Part shown: positions 19,617 to 29,150 of the stretch, piece after piece | Numbering within the stretch: position 1 is the stretch's first letter | Layout of the letters: each line of letters starts with the position of its first letter | IMG/VR virus record: IMGVR_UViG_3300044846_003008 | Strand: one strand, 5' to 3' | DNA length: 64,000 bases | From: a virus | Program-made: the position numbers and the translations under genes | Notes under the pieces: model-generated | What the model was told of the DNA's origin: nothing | What the model saw: only the letters and a program-made list of their open reading frames with translations | Database searches by the model: none

Positions 19617-22600
19617 TTAATTAAATTTAATTTTACCATCAAAGGTTTCTAATTTATTGGTTAAAGACGGGTCCCCTTTATATAAATTCGTTAAATCTGT
19701 TTTTTGTTGAGCCTCTTTAGCGGCATCAGGAACTGTAGTGAAATTAACAATCCTTGACTTACCTTTCGTATATAGTATCTCATCAATACCTTTAGTGTAT
19801 TTTTTAAACTCAGATGTGTTCTTAAACTTATCTAAAACTTTATCCTCAGCTTTTATTTCCTCTTTATATAAATCAACTAAATAATCCATAACATCATCAA
19901 ACACTTTAGCTAATTTTTTAGGTTTTTTAATCGTTGCGATATTTGGTGTGATAATTCTTTTTGTAAAGTCTTCGACTTTATTTTTATCAGTAAAAATTCT
20001 ACCAACTAAAATAAAGAAACGTGCGAATTCGGTAGGTTCACCTTTAAATGCGGTTTCTGAAAAGAAATCACCATCAGCAGGGTATGGTGGTGGTATTATC
20101 GCGTTTGTATCAGCTAATAAAGTATAATACTCATTCAACGCTAATTTAAGTTTACCATAATCATTGGCCATATCAGCAAATTCACCCCCACTAAGATTGT
20201 AAATTTTTAATTCACCATTATCTAATATTTTACCATCAGTTTTATTATTAACAAAATTCATTTTTCTGATGTCTTGAACATAGTCTTGTTGAGCGGTCCC
20301 AATTTTAGTATTAGTAATAGTACTAATGTCACTTGATATTGAACTTTTTAAACTATTAACGTATTTGATTAAATTATCTTTAATCACACTTAAAGTGGTA
20401 TTATCATTAAATCCTTCATCAACCAATAAAGTAATTATTGGATGAGTTCCCGATAGTATATCATTTAAAACCAATTCAAATAAACCATTTAAATCATCTT
20501 GGAAATCAGGTTTACCAAAGATTTTAACATCACCACCATTACCATCTTCAATAACCGTCCCACCTGAGAAATTTCGTTTGTTACTCACTAATTGTAACAT
20601 ACCATAGTTAGTTTGTTTTTGAATTTCTTCAATTGAATTAAAGATATTGGTAAAATACGTTTTACTATCTTCCAACACTTTATCCATAATTTTCATATAA
20701 CTCATTTCACCTGTTTCACCACTCGGTGTTAAAGGGATTGTGTTTTTAATTTCACCAATCGTATTTCCAGCGTCATTACTTTGTTGTGCCGCCGCAGTAT
20801 TGTTAACTGTTACAGGTGGTTGTTGGGCAATAATCGCATCTACAACCATTTTATCTAACGCTGAAGTATCTTCAGTCCAAGTCGCTCTTTCATCATATAT
20901 CTCAGTATTACCATAGTAATTAAATGATAACGCATTTTGTAATTGTTCAACAGGTTTTGCTAACCCCATACCACCAATCATCTTAAATGATAAACTAACT
21001 TTAGCAATCATAGGTTGAACACCAATACCTTCAGGGTTCATATCATAGATTAACGGGTCATAAGTTATAGATAATGTCTCAGGGATAATTTTAGTGTGGT
21101 AGAAGTCACCAATACGTAATACCAATACGGGTGGTGCACCAAACGAAGTATTAACCGCGTCTGAAACTTTAGGTTTACCGTCACTACCGATAATAGGAAT
21201 AGTTTCCCCCGGTCTAACACATTGATTTAAGAAAGTTAATCGAGAATTTAAACCTTCAGGTGTTGTTGAGTGAAAAGCCGGATTAAAATATTTAATCTTT
21301 TCCTTAATCGAATCATATAACATCGGAACATTCTCTTTGATAACATCAAAATAATCACATTCTGATAATAAGTTTCTTAATATTTTTTTAGATATACCTT
21401 CTTTAATTTTTTGCTCAATTGATTTTTGAGGTTCAGGTCTTTTAATTGGTAATGTTTCGGTATTTCCATTTGTGTTAGTAACCACAACATCAGGTTTAAG
21501 TGTTGTTGTCGTCGTAACAGGAGCCGGTGTCACCGTTATACTTTTTACTTTAACTCTACGACAAGCCATTGCGTTAGTCGCAAAAACTTGTGAAATTGCA
21601 GTCACTTTACCATTTTTATCTTTAATATCAACAGTACAATTAACATCAGTTCCATTACCTGAATCAACAGTCGTTCCTGTAGTTCCATTAGCACCTGTTT
21701 CCACACTTGTTTTTGGAATTACGGTTTGTTCACCCGAACCTTTAGATAATTCAATCTTAATAGTTCCTTTAGTGAAAAACTCATCCAATTTTTTATCACC
21801 AATGTTTTTACTCTTCAAAAATTTAGTAACAATATCAAGTCGTCTTTCAGATAACGCTTTGTTATACGGAACCGTTGCCGTAGCCGACGCAGAACCTTCC
21901 ATTACTATTTTAATAGTTCCAAGTCCTTTAGATAATATGTCGTAAGCGTCTGTAATGAAGTTCTTATCCCCACCAGCAAATAAGTTATAATTACTTTTTA
22001 TAACCGTATCAAAAAATGGTTTAACATTTCGGTTCACATCACCGGCATTAAACGCCGATTCCGAATTTTTAACATATTTTTCAATATTAGTATCAGAAGT
22101 ATATGAATCATAAGTTGACTGATACTCTTCAGTAGTTGTTGTATTTGGGTTTTTACCCGGAATGTCATTTTCAAAATAAAACGCAAAATCCAAGTATTTG
22201 TTTTCAAAATCTTGTATTGATGAATCAGGAACAACTGTTTGGTCGGTATTTGATGCCGCAACATCAGCACTTCCTGTTCCTGCGTTATTTGAATTGTCTT
22301 TAGGGATTTGTTTATTAATCTCACCAATAATTTCTTTATCCGTTAATTGCGGATTACTTAAAATTTCTTGATAAGTATACAAATCCTTAGTTGGGATAGT
22401 ATTGAATTTAATAGCTAATTTGTAGATATCGAATTTAACACATCCCGCGAAAAATGAATCAATAATTGAATCAATACGTTCTTTTGCTTGTCCTTTCAAT
22501 TGTTTCTCAACCACCGTATTCATAACTGACGGGTGGTCAACAATAATTTTCCAAGACAACGAACCCGTTCTACTTGTTTCTTTATATGTATAAATTGGTT

Positions 22601-24653
22601 CAGGACGACCCAAGAAACTTTGTGAGTTCCAAGACGCACTACTTGAATCCGAAAATTGTAAATCATAAGGTGGGAACCACATAACTCTACCCCCATTTGG
22701 ACCTTTCTCACAAACAGGTAGTTCATCATAAGTGTAACCCGGTCTACTTGATGTTCTCCAAGCCAAGTTCTCAATCGAGAACATATATTTTTTAGCGTAA
22801 CCACCACGACCATTAGCATCGTCTGCAATAATATTAGTTGACCCAGGATTTCTAAGTGGAGCGATATTTAAATTGAACGTGTTATCTAACACTGAGTTTG
22901 TAAATCTTCTACCTGACGTTGTAATACCATCAGTCTTTTGTAAATCAGCATAAGTGTAATATGGAGTATCCTTTGTAAATACACGACAATACTCAATACC
23001 TTTTTCCCCACCTGTAGTATCATCTTTATACGATACCACTTGTGAACCTTTTGTCATTTCTTTATAACCATCGTGAAAAACTTTACTCACTTGGTTCATT
23101 GCATTACCGACGTGTTTTAATCGACTAATACCCGTAACATTATCCGCAGAATCAATAATTCTTTGAGTGTTATCTAATATAGAGTTTTCTTTAAAATCAA
23201 CATTAGTTGATTCTGATTTATTATATTGACTACTTATTTGATTAAATTCTTCATCTTTACTACCTGAACCACCACCCGGTGTTGCTTTAAAACCAGCGTT
23301 AGGTTTGTATTTTGGTGAAGTCCAAACTAAACCACCATCAATACCACCACCATTACTTAATGATTTACCCGCTAAACCAAAGTTTAATCGACCATCATTA
23401 CCTTCAAATAAAATACCCATTTCAGACGGACCATAAACAGGTGTTTGAACTTGTTCTCCGTAAGGATTTACAGGTATCTGATTTGGGGGTGAAGTAATCG
23501 AACTTGGCTCCGCATTCACACTACCAACGTAGTAACCACCGGCTAAAGTCCCATTTGGATTTATCAAACTAAGAGCTAAATTAGCAATCGCTTGACCAAT
23601 CCCCAATATACCACCAAAATCTTTTTTATAACCCGGTTGATATCTATTATAATCTAAGTTGTTGAATAACGCAGACCTTTGACCATTACCCGTGTTCGCT
23701 AAAAATATTTGTGACGGATTTCTTTTAATATTTAATATTGGACCTAAGAAACCTCCCGTTAATTGATTAACAACATTTAACGCATTTGACGTTTGTTGTG
23801 TTTGTAGACCACCCTTAGTATTTTCATCGAAATAATCTCCAGGGATAAATGATACAGGCCAATAAGCACCCGATATTCTTGTTGCGAAATCAAACGCCGC
23901 AGTTACAGGTGATTCGGGAACCGTAATCCTCCAATTACGATAAATAAGAGGTTCTTTTCCCGCTGCCAATAAACTAGCTTCAAACGGGTCAGATAGTGAC
24001 TCTAAATTAACCTTACCAACCGTATTTTGTAATATCTCTAAATTAATCCTTTCTTGAAATAAAAAGTTCAATTGTTTCGCACCTAATTTAGCTATGAATG
24101 AATCTTGAGATAATGACCCATCACTACCTGTCGGGTTATTCGATAATAAGATTTCATAAGGTGAATATATCGAAGGAACAAATGTGGTTAACCCATAAGG
24201 TAGAAAATAATTAGGAGTACTAATCGGATTTTCAATTACGTTATAAACATAGTTATAACCCCCACTTGGTATGAATAGGTTTTTTACCCCCGGTGACGTT
24301 GGAGATAAATTTAGGTATAAATTATTACTTAGTAGTAATACACTTTGATTTGGGGAATAAGGTCCCTGATTAGGTATTACAGGTAATAACGGACCATTGT
24401 AAGTTATATTAAGATTAAAACCCCCATCTGGCCCATAGGCATTTAAAGGATATAATTGTTGTACGAACGGTCCATTAGATATCAAACCATCAGGTGAATC
24501 TACCACGGGGGATTGACTTAAAACTACCTCATAGTTTAATGGACCTGACGGTGGGGTATAAACACCTGTAACCGTATACGTTGATAAGTTTTTGGCCATC
24601 AACGCGTCTCTAAACGATGAGGTTGACGCAAATGATAAAGTACTATTCGGCAT
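19617..24653 (-). CDS. Tail tube initiator (gp48/gp54-like) protein with an inserted OmpA-like domain
   Basis: 'WFPPYDLQFSDSSSASWNSQSFLGRPEPIYTYKETSRTGSLSW' and 'PPVLVLRIGD...SITYD...QPMIAKVSLSF' form tube-initiator halves. They flank 'FYFEND...EGSASAT...YNKALSERRLDIV...GSGE...RRVKV' (OmpA C-terminal-like). Confidence 0.7.
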   Translation of the reverse strand: MPNSTLSFASTSSFRDALMAKNLSTYTVTGVYTPPSGPLNYEVVLSQSPVVDSPDGLISNGPFVQQLYPLNAYGPDGGFNLNITYNGPLLPVIPNQGPYSPNQSVLLLSNNLYLNLSPTSPGVKNLFIPSGGYNYVYNVIENPISTPNYFLPYGLTTFVPSIYSPYEILLSNNPTGSDGSLSQDSFIAKLGAKQLNFLFQERINLEILQNTVGKVNLESLSDPFEASLLAAGKEPLIYRNWRITVPESPVTAAFDFATRISGAYWPVSFIPGDYFDENTKGGLQTQQTSNALNVVNQLTGGFLGPILNIKRNPSQIFLANTGNGQRSALFNNLDYNRYQPGYKKDFGGILGIGQAIANLALSLINPNGTLAGGYYVGSVNAEPSSITSPPNQIPVNPYGEQVQTPVYGPSEMGILFEGNDGRLNFGLAGKSLSNGGGIDGGLVWTSPKYKPNAGFKATPGGGSGSKDEEFNQISSQYNKSESTNVDFKENSILDNTQRIIDSADNVTGISRLKHVGNAMNQVSKVFHDGYKEMTKGSQVVSYKDDTTGGEKGIEYCRVFTKDTPYYTYADLQKTDGITTSGRRFTNSVLDNTFNLNIAPLRNPGSTNIIADDANGRGGYAKKYMFSIENLAWRTSSRPGYTYDELPVCEKGPNGGRVMWFPPYDLQFSDSSSASWNSQSFLGRPEPIYTYKETSRTGSLSWKIIVDHPSVMNTVVEKQLKGQAKERIDSIIDSFFAGCVKFDIYKLAIKFNTIPTKDLYTYQEILSNPQLTDKEIIGEINKQIPKDNSNNAGTGSADVAASNTDQTVVPDSSIQDFENKYLDFAFYFENDIPGKNPNTTTTEEYQSTYDSYTSDTNIEKYVKNSESAFNAGDVNRNVKPFFDTVIKSNYNLFAGGDKNFITDAYDILSKGLGTIKIVMEGSASATATVPYNKALSERRLDIVTKFLKSKNIGDKKLDEFFTKGTIKIELSKGSGEQTVIPKTSVETGANGTTGTTVDSGNGTDVNCTVDIKDKNGKVTAISQVFATNAMACRRVKVKSITVTPAPVTTTTTLKPDVVVTNTNGNTETLPIKRPEPQKSIEQKIKEGISKKILRNLLSECDYFDVIKENVPMLYDSIKEKIKYFNPAFHSTTPEGLNSRLTFLNQCVRPGETIPIIGSDGKPKVSDAVNTSFGAPPVLVLRIGDFYHTKIIPETLSITYDPLIYDMNPEGIGVQPMIAKVSLSFKMIGGMGLAKPVEQLQNALSFNYYGNTEIYDERATWTEDTSALDKMVVDAIIAQQPPVTVNNTAAAQQSNDAGNTIGEIKNTIPLTPSGETGEMSYMKIMDKVLEDSKTYFTNIFNSIEEIQKQTNYGMLQLVSNKRNFSGGTVIEDGNGGDVKIFGKPDFQDDLNGLFELVLNDILSGTHPIITLLVDEGFNDNTTLSVIKDNLIKYVNSLKSSISSDISTITNTKIGTAQQDYVQDIRKMNFVNNKTDGKILDNGELKIYNLSGGEFADMANDYGKLKLALNEYYTLLADTNAIIPPPYPADGDFFSETAFKGEPTEFARFFILVGRIFTDKNKVEDFTKRIITPNIATIKKPKKLAKVFDDVMDYLVDLYKEEIKAEDKVLDKFKNTSEFKKYTKGIDEILYTKGKSRIVNFTTVPDAAKEAQQKTDLTNLYKGDPSLTNKLETFDGKIKFN

Positions 24654-24693
24654 TGTTTGTTATTTTATATATAAATAGAATACTACTCAATTT

Positions 24694-26577
24694 TTATGCT
24701 TTAGAAGGAACTTTAGTTTGGTTATTTAATGACGGAGTATCTTTAATCATTTTTAAAAGAGATTCTTTAAATTCAGGACTTCTCATTAAATCATCAAACG
24801 CCCTTTGGTCCATACCGGTAGGTATTTTAACATTAATATCCATATCCAATTTCCCTGAGTGGAACGTTTCTCCTTTAGCGTTAGCATTTTCAGGTTTTTG
24901 ATAATCAATAATTTCTTTATATTTTCCCGAATAATTTTTTAATTCAGTATTGATTGGTGCGGCCATTGGTTTGGTATCAACACTTTTAGGTTTACTATCG
25001 GTTCCTATATGTTCAGCTTTAGCTACCGTCCCTATAAGTCCTTCAGTTGCATAAGCCCCTATTTGGTCATATTTATTTTCACTTTCTTTTAACTTAATAC
25101 CTTCGGCATTTAAATTAGCCGTCACGGCTTTAATTGTCTTTTCAAATGTAATTGCACTATCACTAAGTATTTTACCCGCAACACCGGCAACTTCAGTAAA
25201 TGAACCTTCACCTTTAGCGAATTTTAATAAGGAATCACCAACCGCGGTTAAATCTTCATCAAGACCTTTCCTCATTTTACCAATATCCATTTCTTTATTA
25301 AATGAATCAGTAATGGCTTTAACATAGTTCCCACTCGAAACTAACATTTGTTCACCTTGTTTAGTTCCCGCAAATGCTCGACCCGTTTTACCTTTTAACG
25401 ACTCAGTATTTGCCGCAATTTTTTCAGAAACTGTTAATTGTTCTTGTAATAATTCCTCATTAGATTTCGGAGTATTATCTTTAATGATTTTATTTAATTT
25501 TTCAGGGTCATTTGCATATTTCGCTAACGCCTCATTCATATCAACCATTTGTCCATCAACGTTAATTTTGATTTCACCATCTTTCATTGATGAAACATTC
25601 GCTAATAATTTTTTCTGGTCTTCATTAATAAAATCAGGGAATTTGATTTTACTCATTTTAATATCCATTTCAGCTGCTGCCTTAGACATTTTAGCGAATT
25701 CCGCTTGAGGCATACCCGCGGCATCAGCCAATTCTTTCATCCTACGAATACTTCCAGGTGCTATTTTAACGTTACCTTTCTCATCTAATTCAGTTAAACT
25801 CGCACCCATTTTTGCGATAGACTGTTGGAAAGCTTCAGGGTCATTTTGTGACATATTCATCAACCTCATCGGGTCTAATAATTCACTTTGAGAAACACCT
25901 AATCTTTGGAACGCCGCCGCCATTTCAATAGCACCTTCAGGATTAAATGCCTTATCAACCGACGCTAAAATAGTACTCATATTAACACGTAATCCCGCCG
26001 ACGTTGCGGCCATTCTCGCTAAACCTTCAACACCACCCGAAAAATTGTGAGTGTCTAACGCCTCCATATTACCTAAAACCGCCGACGAAACCGCTTGAGC
26101 ACTAACACCCAAAGACCTCGCGGTGTCCATTACTTTTTTAGTTTCTTCACCGATATTGTGCATATTATAACCGGCATCAATAAACTTTTTAGTTAAAACA
26201 TCAGCTTCTTGTCCTGATACTTTAGCCGCCGCATAAATGTCGGTAAACACTTCCTTAGTTGCAATAACATTAGTACCTAAAGCACCAATTAAACCTTTTT
26301 GTATTGTTTCAATGTCAGACATTTTACCCCCTAACTTTGCAACGTCAGAATACGCATCCCCTAACGACGCTTTAATCGCCACCGCCGATTCACGGCCAAG
26401 ACCCATATTTTTGGAAAGATTCGAATAAACCTGGTCCATTTCATCAACGACTTTAGCAATCTCAGAAGCACTTGTATTACTTTTAATAATACTTTTGATT
26501 TCCGCTAAAATAGCATCAACACCACTAACCGCACTTTTTGATTTTTCTTCGTCATCACCAGCAAATAAATAACCCAT
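24694..26577 (-). CDS. Tape measure protein
   Basis: Ala/Gly/Lys/Met-rich helical 627-aa protein directly after the tube and chaperone genes. Confidence 0.75.
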   Translation of the reverse strand: MGYLFAGDDEEKSKSAVSGVDAILAEIKSIIKSNTSASEIAKVVDEMDQVYSNLSKNMGLGRESAVAIKASLGDAYSDVAKLGGKMSDIETIQKGLIGALGTNVIATKEVFTDIYAAAKVSGQEADVLTKKFIDAGYNMHNIGEETKKVMDTARSLGVSAQAVSSAVLGNMEALDTHNFSGGVEGLARMAATSAGLRVNMSTILASVDKAFNPEGAIEMAAAFQRLGVSQSELLDPMRLMNMSQNDPEAFQQSIAKMGASLTELDEKGNVKIAPGSIRRMKELADAAGMPQAEFAKMSKAAAEMDIKMSKIKFPDFINEDQKKLLANVSSMKDGEIKINVDGQMVDMNEALAKYANDPEKLNKIIKDNTPKSNEELLQEQLTVSEKIAANTESLKGKTGRAFAGTKQGEQMLVSSGNYVKAITDSFNKEMDIGKMRKGLDEDLTAVGDSLLKFAKGEGSFTEVAGVAGKILSDSAITFEKTIKAVTANLNAEGIKLKESENKYDQIGAYATEGLIGTVAKAEHIGTDSKPKSVDTKPMAAPINTELKNYSGKYKEIIDYQKPENANAKGETFHSGKLDMDINVKIPTGMDQRAFDDLMRSPEFKESLLKMIKDTPSLNNQTKVPSKA

Positions 26578-26602
26578 ATTTTTGTGTATTTCTTATAATA
26601 TA

Positions 26603-26636
26603 AATACACCAAAGGTTAATTTTCCTTTGGTGTATT
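26603..26636. terminator. 13-bp perfect inverted repeat overlapping the frameshift-ORF stop and the tape-measure promoter motif
   Basis: AATACACCAAAGG (26603-26615) and CCTTTGGTGTATT (26624-26636). Confidence 0.6.
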
Positions 26637-26780
26637 ATCTTCAATAATTTTATCAATTAAATATTTTCGTATATATGTGGGTATTTTTAAATACTCACTA
26701 TATTGGGTTCTCAAAAATCGACTTAAAACATAAAACTCATCAATTAATTGTTTGCTATATTCAGAAGAAAGGACGAAAAA
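26616..26780 (-). CDS. Tail assembly chaperone C-terminal extension (lambda gpT / T4 gp51-like), probably reached by +1 frameshift
   Basis: Not in the ORF track. Open +1 frame FFVLSSEYSKQLIDEFYVLSRFLRTQYSEYLKIPTYIRKYLIDKIIEDNTPKEN* (TAA at 26618-26616) has no ATG and fills the gap between the chaperone and tape measure genes. Confidence 0.7.
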   Translation of the reverse strand, partial: FFVLSSEYSKQLIDEFYVLSRFLRTQYSEYLKIPTYIRKYLIDKIIEDNTPKEN

Positions 26781-27513
26781 ACTCCACCCCAAAGGATACG
26801 TTAAACGTAACCAATTCTCCTGACGGGGCGTAAACTTGTCTATTTAAATCTAGTGAAGGTTGGTTATCTCTCAAATATTTTCTAATGTATTTAGAATCCA
26901 TTATAGGTAACGTACTAACAAATTGAGCAATAGCTGCAGGGTCATTACTACCATCAACTTCAACAATTTGTTTATTTAATCTCCAAGTTACTGTTGGTGC
27001 GGTCCTCCCTTTAGGATATTGTTCCGACATAACATCAATTTCAATCCCTTCATAAAAAGTCAATGGTTTTAATTTGACAGTTGAACCTGTTTTAGGTAAT
27101 TTTGTCGTAAAGATACCGTTTTCATTAGGTTCTTCTTGAGTTACTTTAATACTTAACGAGTCCAAAATTTCGGTATGTTCAAAAATTTTACCCGATTTAG
27201 GGTCAGTTAAATTAAGTGTATATTCAGGACCAAATGATGTATTTCTCAAAAAGATTAAAATCGCTTCAACATCACCATCAGTCATTTCTTCCGGTCTTAA
27301 ATCGTGTTCATAAACTTTATTTCTTAATAAAGTCATCACAATATGTTCTTTTGAATCATTATTTAATAAATAATTCTCATCTTCAGCAGTTAAATAACCT
27401 ACTTTAACCGAAGTTTTTTTTGATTTGTAGAAAATCCCCTTTGAAGGTAATTTTACCACGTCGTGAGGTAGATTAAAACCCTCCGTCGCAGCTTTTAATA
27501 AGTCAGCATCCAT
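26761..27513 (-). CDS. Tail assembly chaperone / baseplate hub assembly protein (T4 gp26-like)
   Basis: 'VKLPSKGIFY...VGYLTAEDE', 'GDVEAILIFLRNTSFGPEY', 'KLPKTGSTVKLKPLT', ends 'GVEFFRPFF'. Between tube and tape measure. Start set at MDADLL (27513) because the upstream ATG overlaps a terminator. Confidence 0.8.
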   Translation of the reverse strand: MDADLLKAATEGFNLPHDVVKLPSKGIFYKSKKTSVKVGYLTAEDENYLLNNDSKEHIVMTLLRNKVYEHDLRPEEMTDGDVEAILIFLRNTSFGPEYTLNLTDPKSGKIFEHTEILDSLSIKVTQEEPNENGIFTTKLPKTGSTVKLKPLTFYEGIEIDVMSEQYPKGRTAPTVTWRLNKQIVEVDGSNDPAAIAQFVSTLPIMDSKYIRKYLRDNQPSLDLNRQVYAPSGELVTFNVSFGVEFFRPFF

Positions 27514-27578
27514 ATTTACTTGTTTTTTAAAAAAATATAGTTTACATTTGTTTTTACTAAATATATAAAACAAAAAAA

Positions 27579-27600
27579 TCCACATACGTTAATATGTGGA
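27579..27600 (-). terminator. Terminator after the tail tube gene
   Basis: TCCACAT-N8-ATGTGGA hairpin followed by T7 on the minus strand. Confidence 0.7.
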
Positions 27601-27625
27601 CTATAAAAATTATATTTAAAATTTT

Positions 27626-28114
27626 TTAGTAAACTAATACACAACGGTCAGGTCTAAGTGTTGCCGTGATAGACGCGATTGCATCAGAGTTATACGCTAA
27701 TGAATCGAAGTTAACGTCAGATAACCAAGCACCTTCTAATATCCATTTTTCAACAACAACCCCTGTTGGGTCTAACATTTCCAAGTCAACATTTTTCTTG
27801 TAACCTGCAGCATAACCCATACGTCCTGTAACAGATTCCGCACATAGACGAACCCATTCCATTAATGCTTGTGAAGCTGAAGGTCCGATAGGGTCACGGA
27901 ACTTAACGTTAATTGTTCCCCAAGTAAAACGTCCCGCAACATAAGTTGACGTATTTAAAAATTGTACCTCAACCGGGTTAATAGTGATGTGTGGTCTTGA
28001 TGCCGTTTCAACGAACCATTCATTAATTCCCAAACTTGAAGGGAATCTCATTATAAACCTGTTTTGTCTTTTAGGTTCGTATGGTATCGGCATTTTCATT
28101 AATAAATCAGCCAT
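27626..28114 (-). CDS. Tail tube protein (T4 gp19-like)
   Basis: 'EPKRQNRF', 'YVAGRFTWGTINVKFRD', 'EW', 'YKKNVDLEMLDPTGVVVEKWILEGAW', 'LRPDRC'. Confidence 0.92.
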   Translation of the reverse strand: MADLLMKMPIPYEPKRQNRFIMRFPSSLGINEWFVETASRPHITINPVEVQFLNTSTYVAGRFTWGTINVKFRDPIGPSASQALMEWVRLCAESVTGRMGYAAGYKKNVDLEMLDPTGVVVEKWILEGAWLSDVNFDSLAYNSDAIASITATLRPDRCVLVY

Positions 28115-28270
28115 CTTATTCTTTTTTTATTATTTTAGTGTTTATTTTTATTTATAAATATCGTTTGAAAGATTTTTCTATTTACTTCTAATTATTTTTA
28201 AAATATCTTTCTAGTAATAAATATCTAGTTTAATTAATTTTTATATTAATATTAATTTATTCTTTATTTA

Positions 28271-29089
28271 TTAATATCTTTTCTTTATTCCTCCTGCAGT
28301 TGAATAGGTCTTTATGATATTATCTGGTTCATTTTCGAAATGTCCTTTAACTTTTTCCACGTTTCTTAAATCATCATCTGAAAATCCAATTTGCGGTTCG
28401 TGATTTGCTAATTTTTTCTTTAAGAATGCTTTTTTTCTGATAAAACTTGATAGGTGTTTTACGTGGTCTACAAACTCTTTTAACGCCTTAATCTTACCTT
28501 CTTCCGGATTTGTAGCTGAACCTTCACCATACGTCACCGGATAGAATTTACAAAGGTCTAAATACTCTTGGATTAATTCTTTTTTAGATAATTCACCTTC
28601 GTCAGCCAAATCTCTATATTTTTCTAAATTTCTAACTAATTGTTCAGAATCAATTCCATTATGATTTGAAACTATTAAATTGTATACTGCGTCTCTCATA
28701 ACAGAAGGTGTGTGACCTCTAGCCGTTACAATTGAAAATATTGACCCGTTATTGATTGCCTCAACAAAATCAGGCCAAGCCGGTCCATCACTCGCGGTCA
28801 TAGAATCGACTATGAAATTTTTATCACCTGTTGTTGAAAAATATCTAAAAGGTAAATCTGCGAATCCAACAATTTGATGTCCTTCATATTCGAAAGGTTC
28901 TTTACCGATATCCATTCTATATTCCGCAAAATCTTCGGTTGACATTGGAACTTCGTTACCTTCATCATCCTGTAATATAATTTTGGTTGGCATATACATA
29001 ATATTATCATCCCAATCGAATGCGTAATATTTCATATCGGGGGTTCCGGTCTCATCAAGACCTTCTCTTAAATTTTTATATTTTTTCAT
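28271..29089 (-). CDS. HAD-superfamily phosphatase-like protein
   Basis: Motif I 'AFDWDDNI', motif II 'VTARG', motif III K in 'EGKIKAL', motif IV 'GFSDDD..N'. Confidence 0.7.
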   Translation of the reverse strand: MKKYKNLREGLDETGTPDMKYYAFDWDDNIMYMPTKIILQDDEGNEVPMSTEDFAEYRMDIGKEPFEYEGHQIVGFADLPFRYFSTTGDKNFIVDSMTASDGPAWPDFVEAINNGSIFSIVTARGHTPSVMRDAVYNLIVSNHNGIDSEQLVRNLEKYRDLADEGELSKKELIQEYLDLCKFYPVTYGEGSATNPEEGKIKALKEFVDHVKHLSSFIRKKAFLKKKLANHEPQIGFSDDDLRNVEKVKGHFENEPDNIIKTYSTAGGIKKRY

Positions 29090-29108
29090 ATGTTATTTTA
29101 AAAGGCTA

Positions 29109-29146
29109 AAAAACAAGCCGATATTATAAATACCGACTTGTTTTGT
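29109..29146 (-). terminator. Terminator after the sheath gene, containing a TATTTAT motif
   Basis: Minus strand AAACAAGTCGGTATT-TAT-AATATCGGCTTGTTT followed by Ts. Confidence 0.7.
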
Positions 29147-29150
29147 TTTT

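Noticed and set aside
28115-28270. Very AT-rich intergenic region with the TATTTATAAATA palindrome as a replication origin
   Set aside because: It can be explained as the tube-gene promoter region. No iterons were seen, and skew could not be computed.
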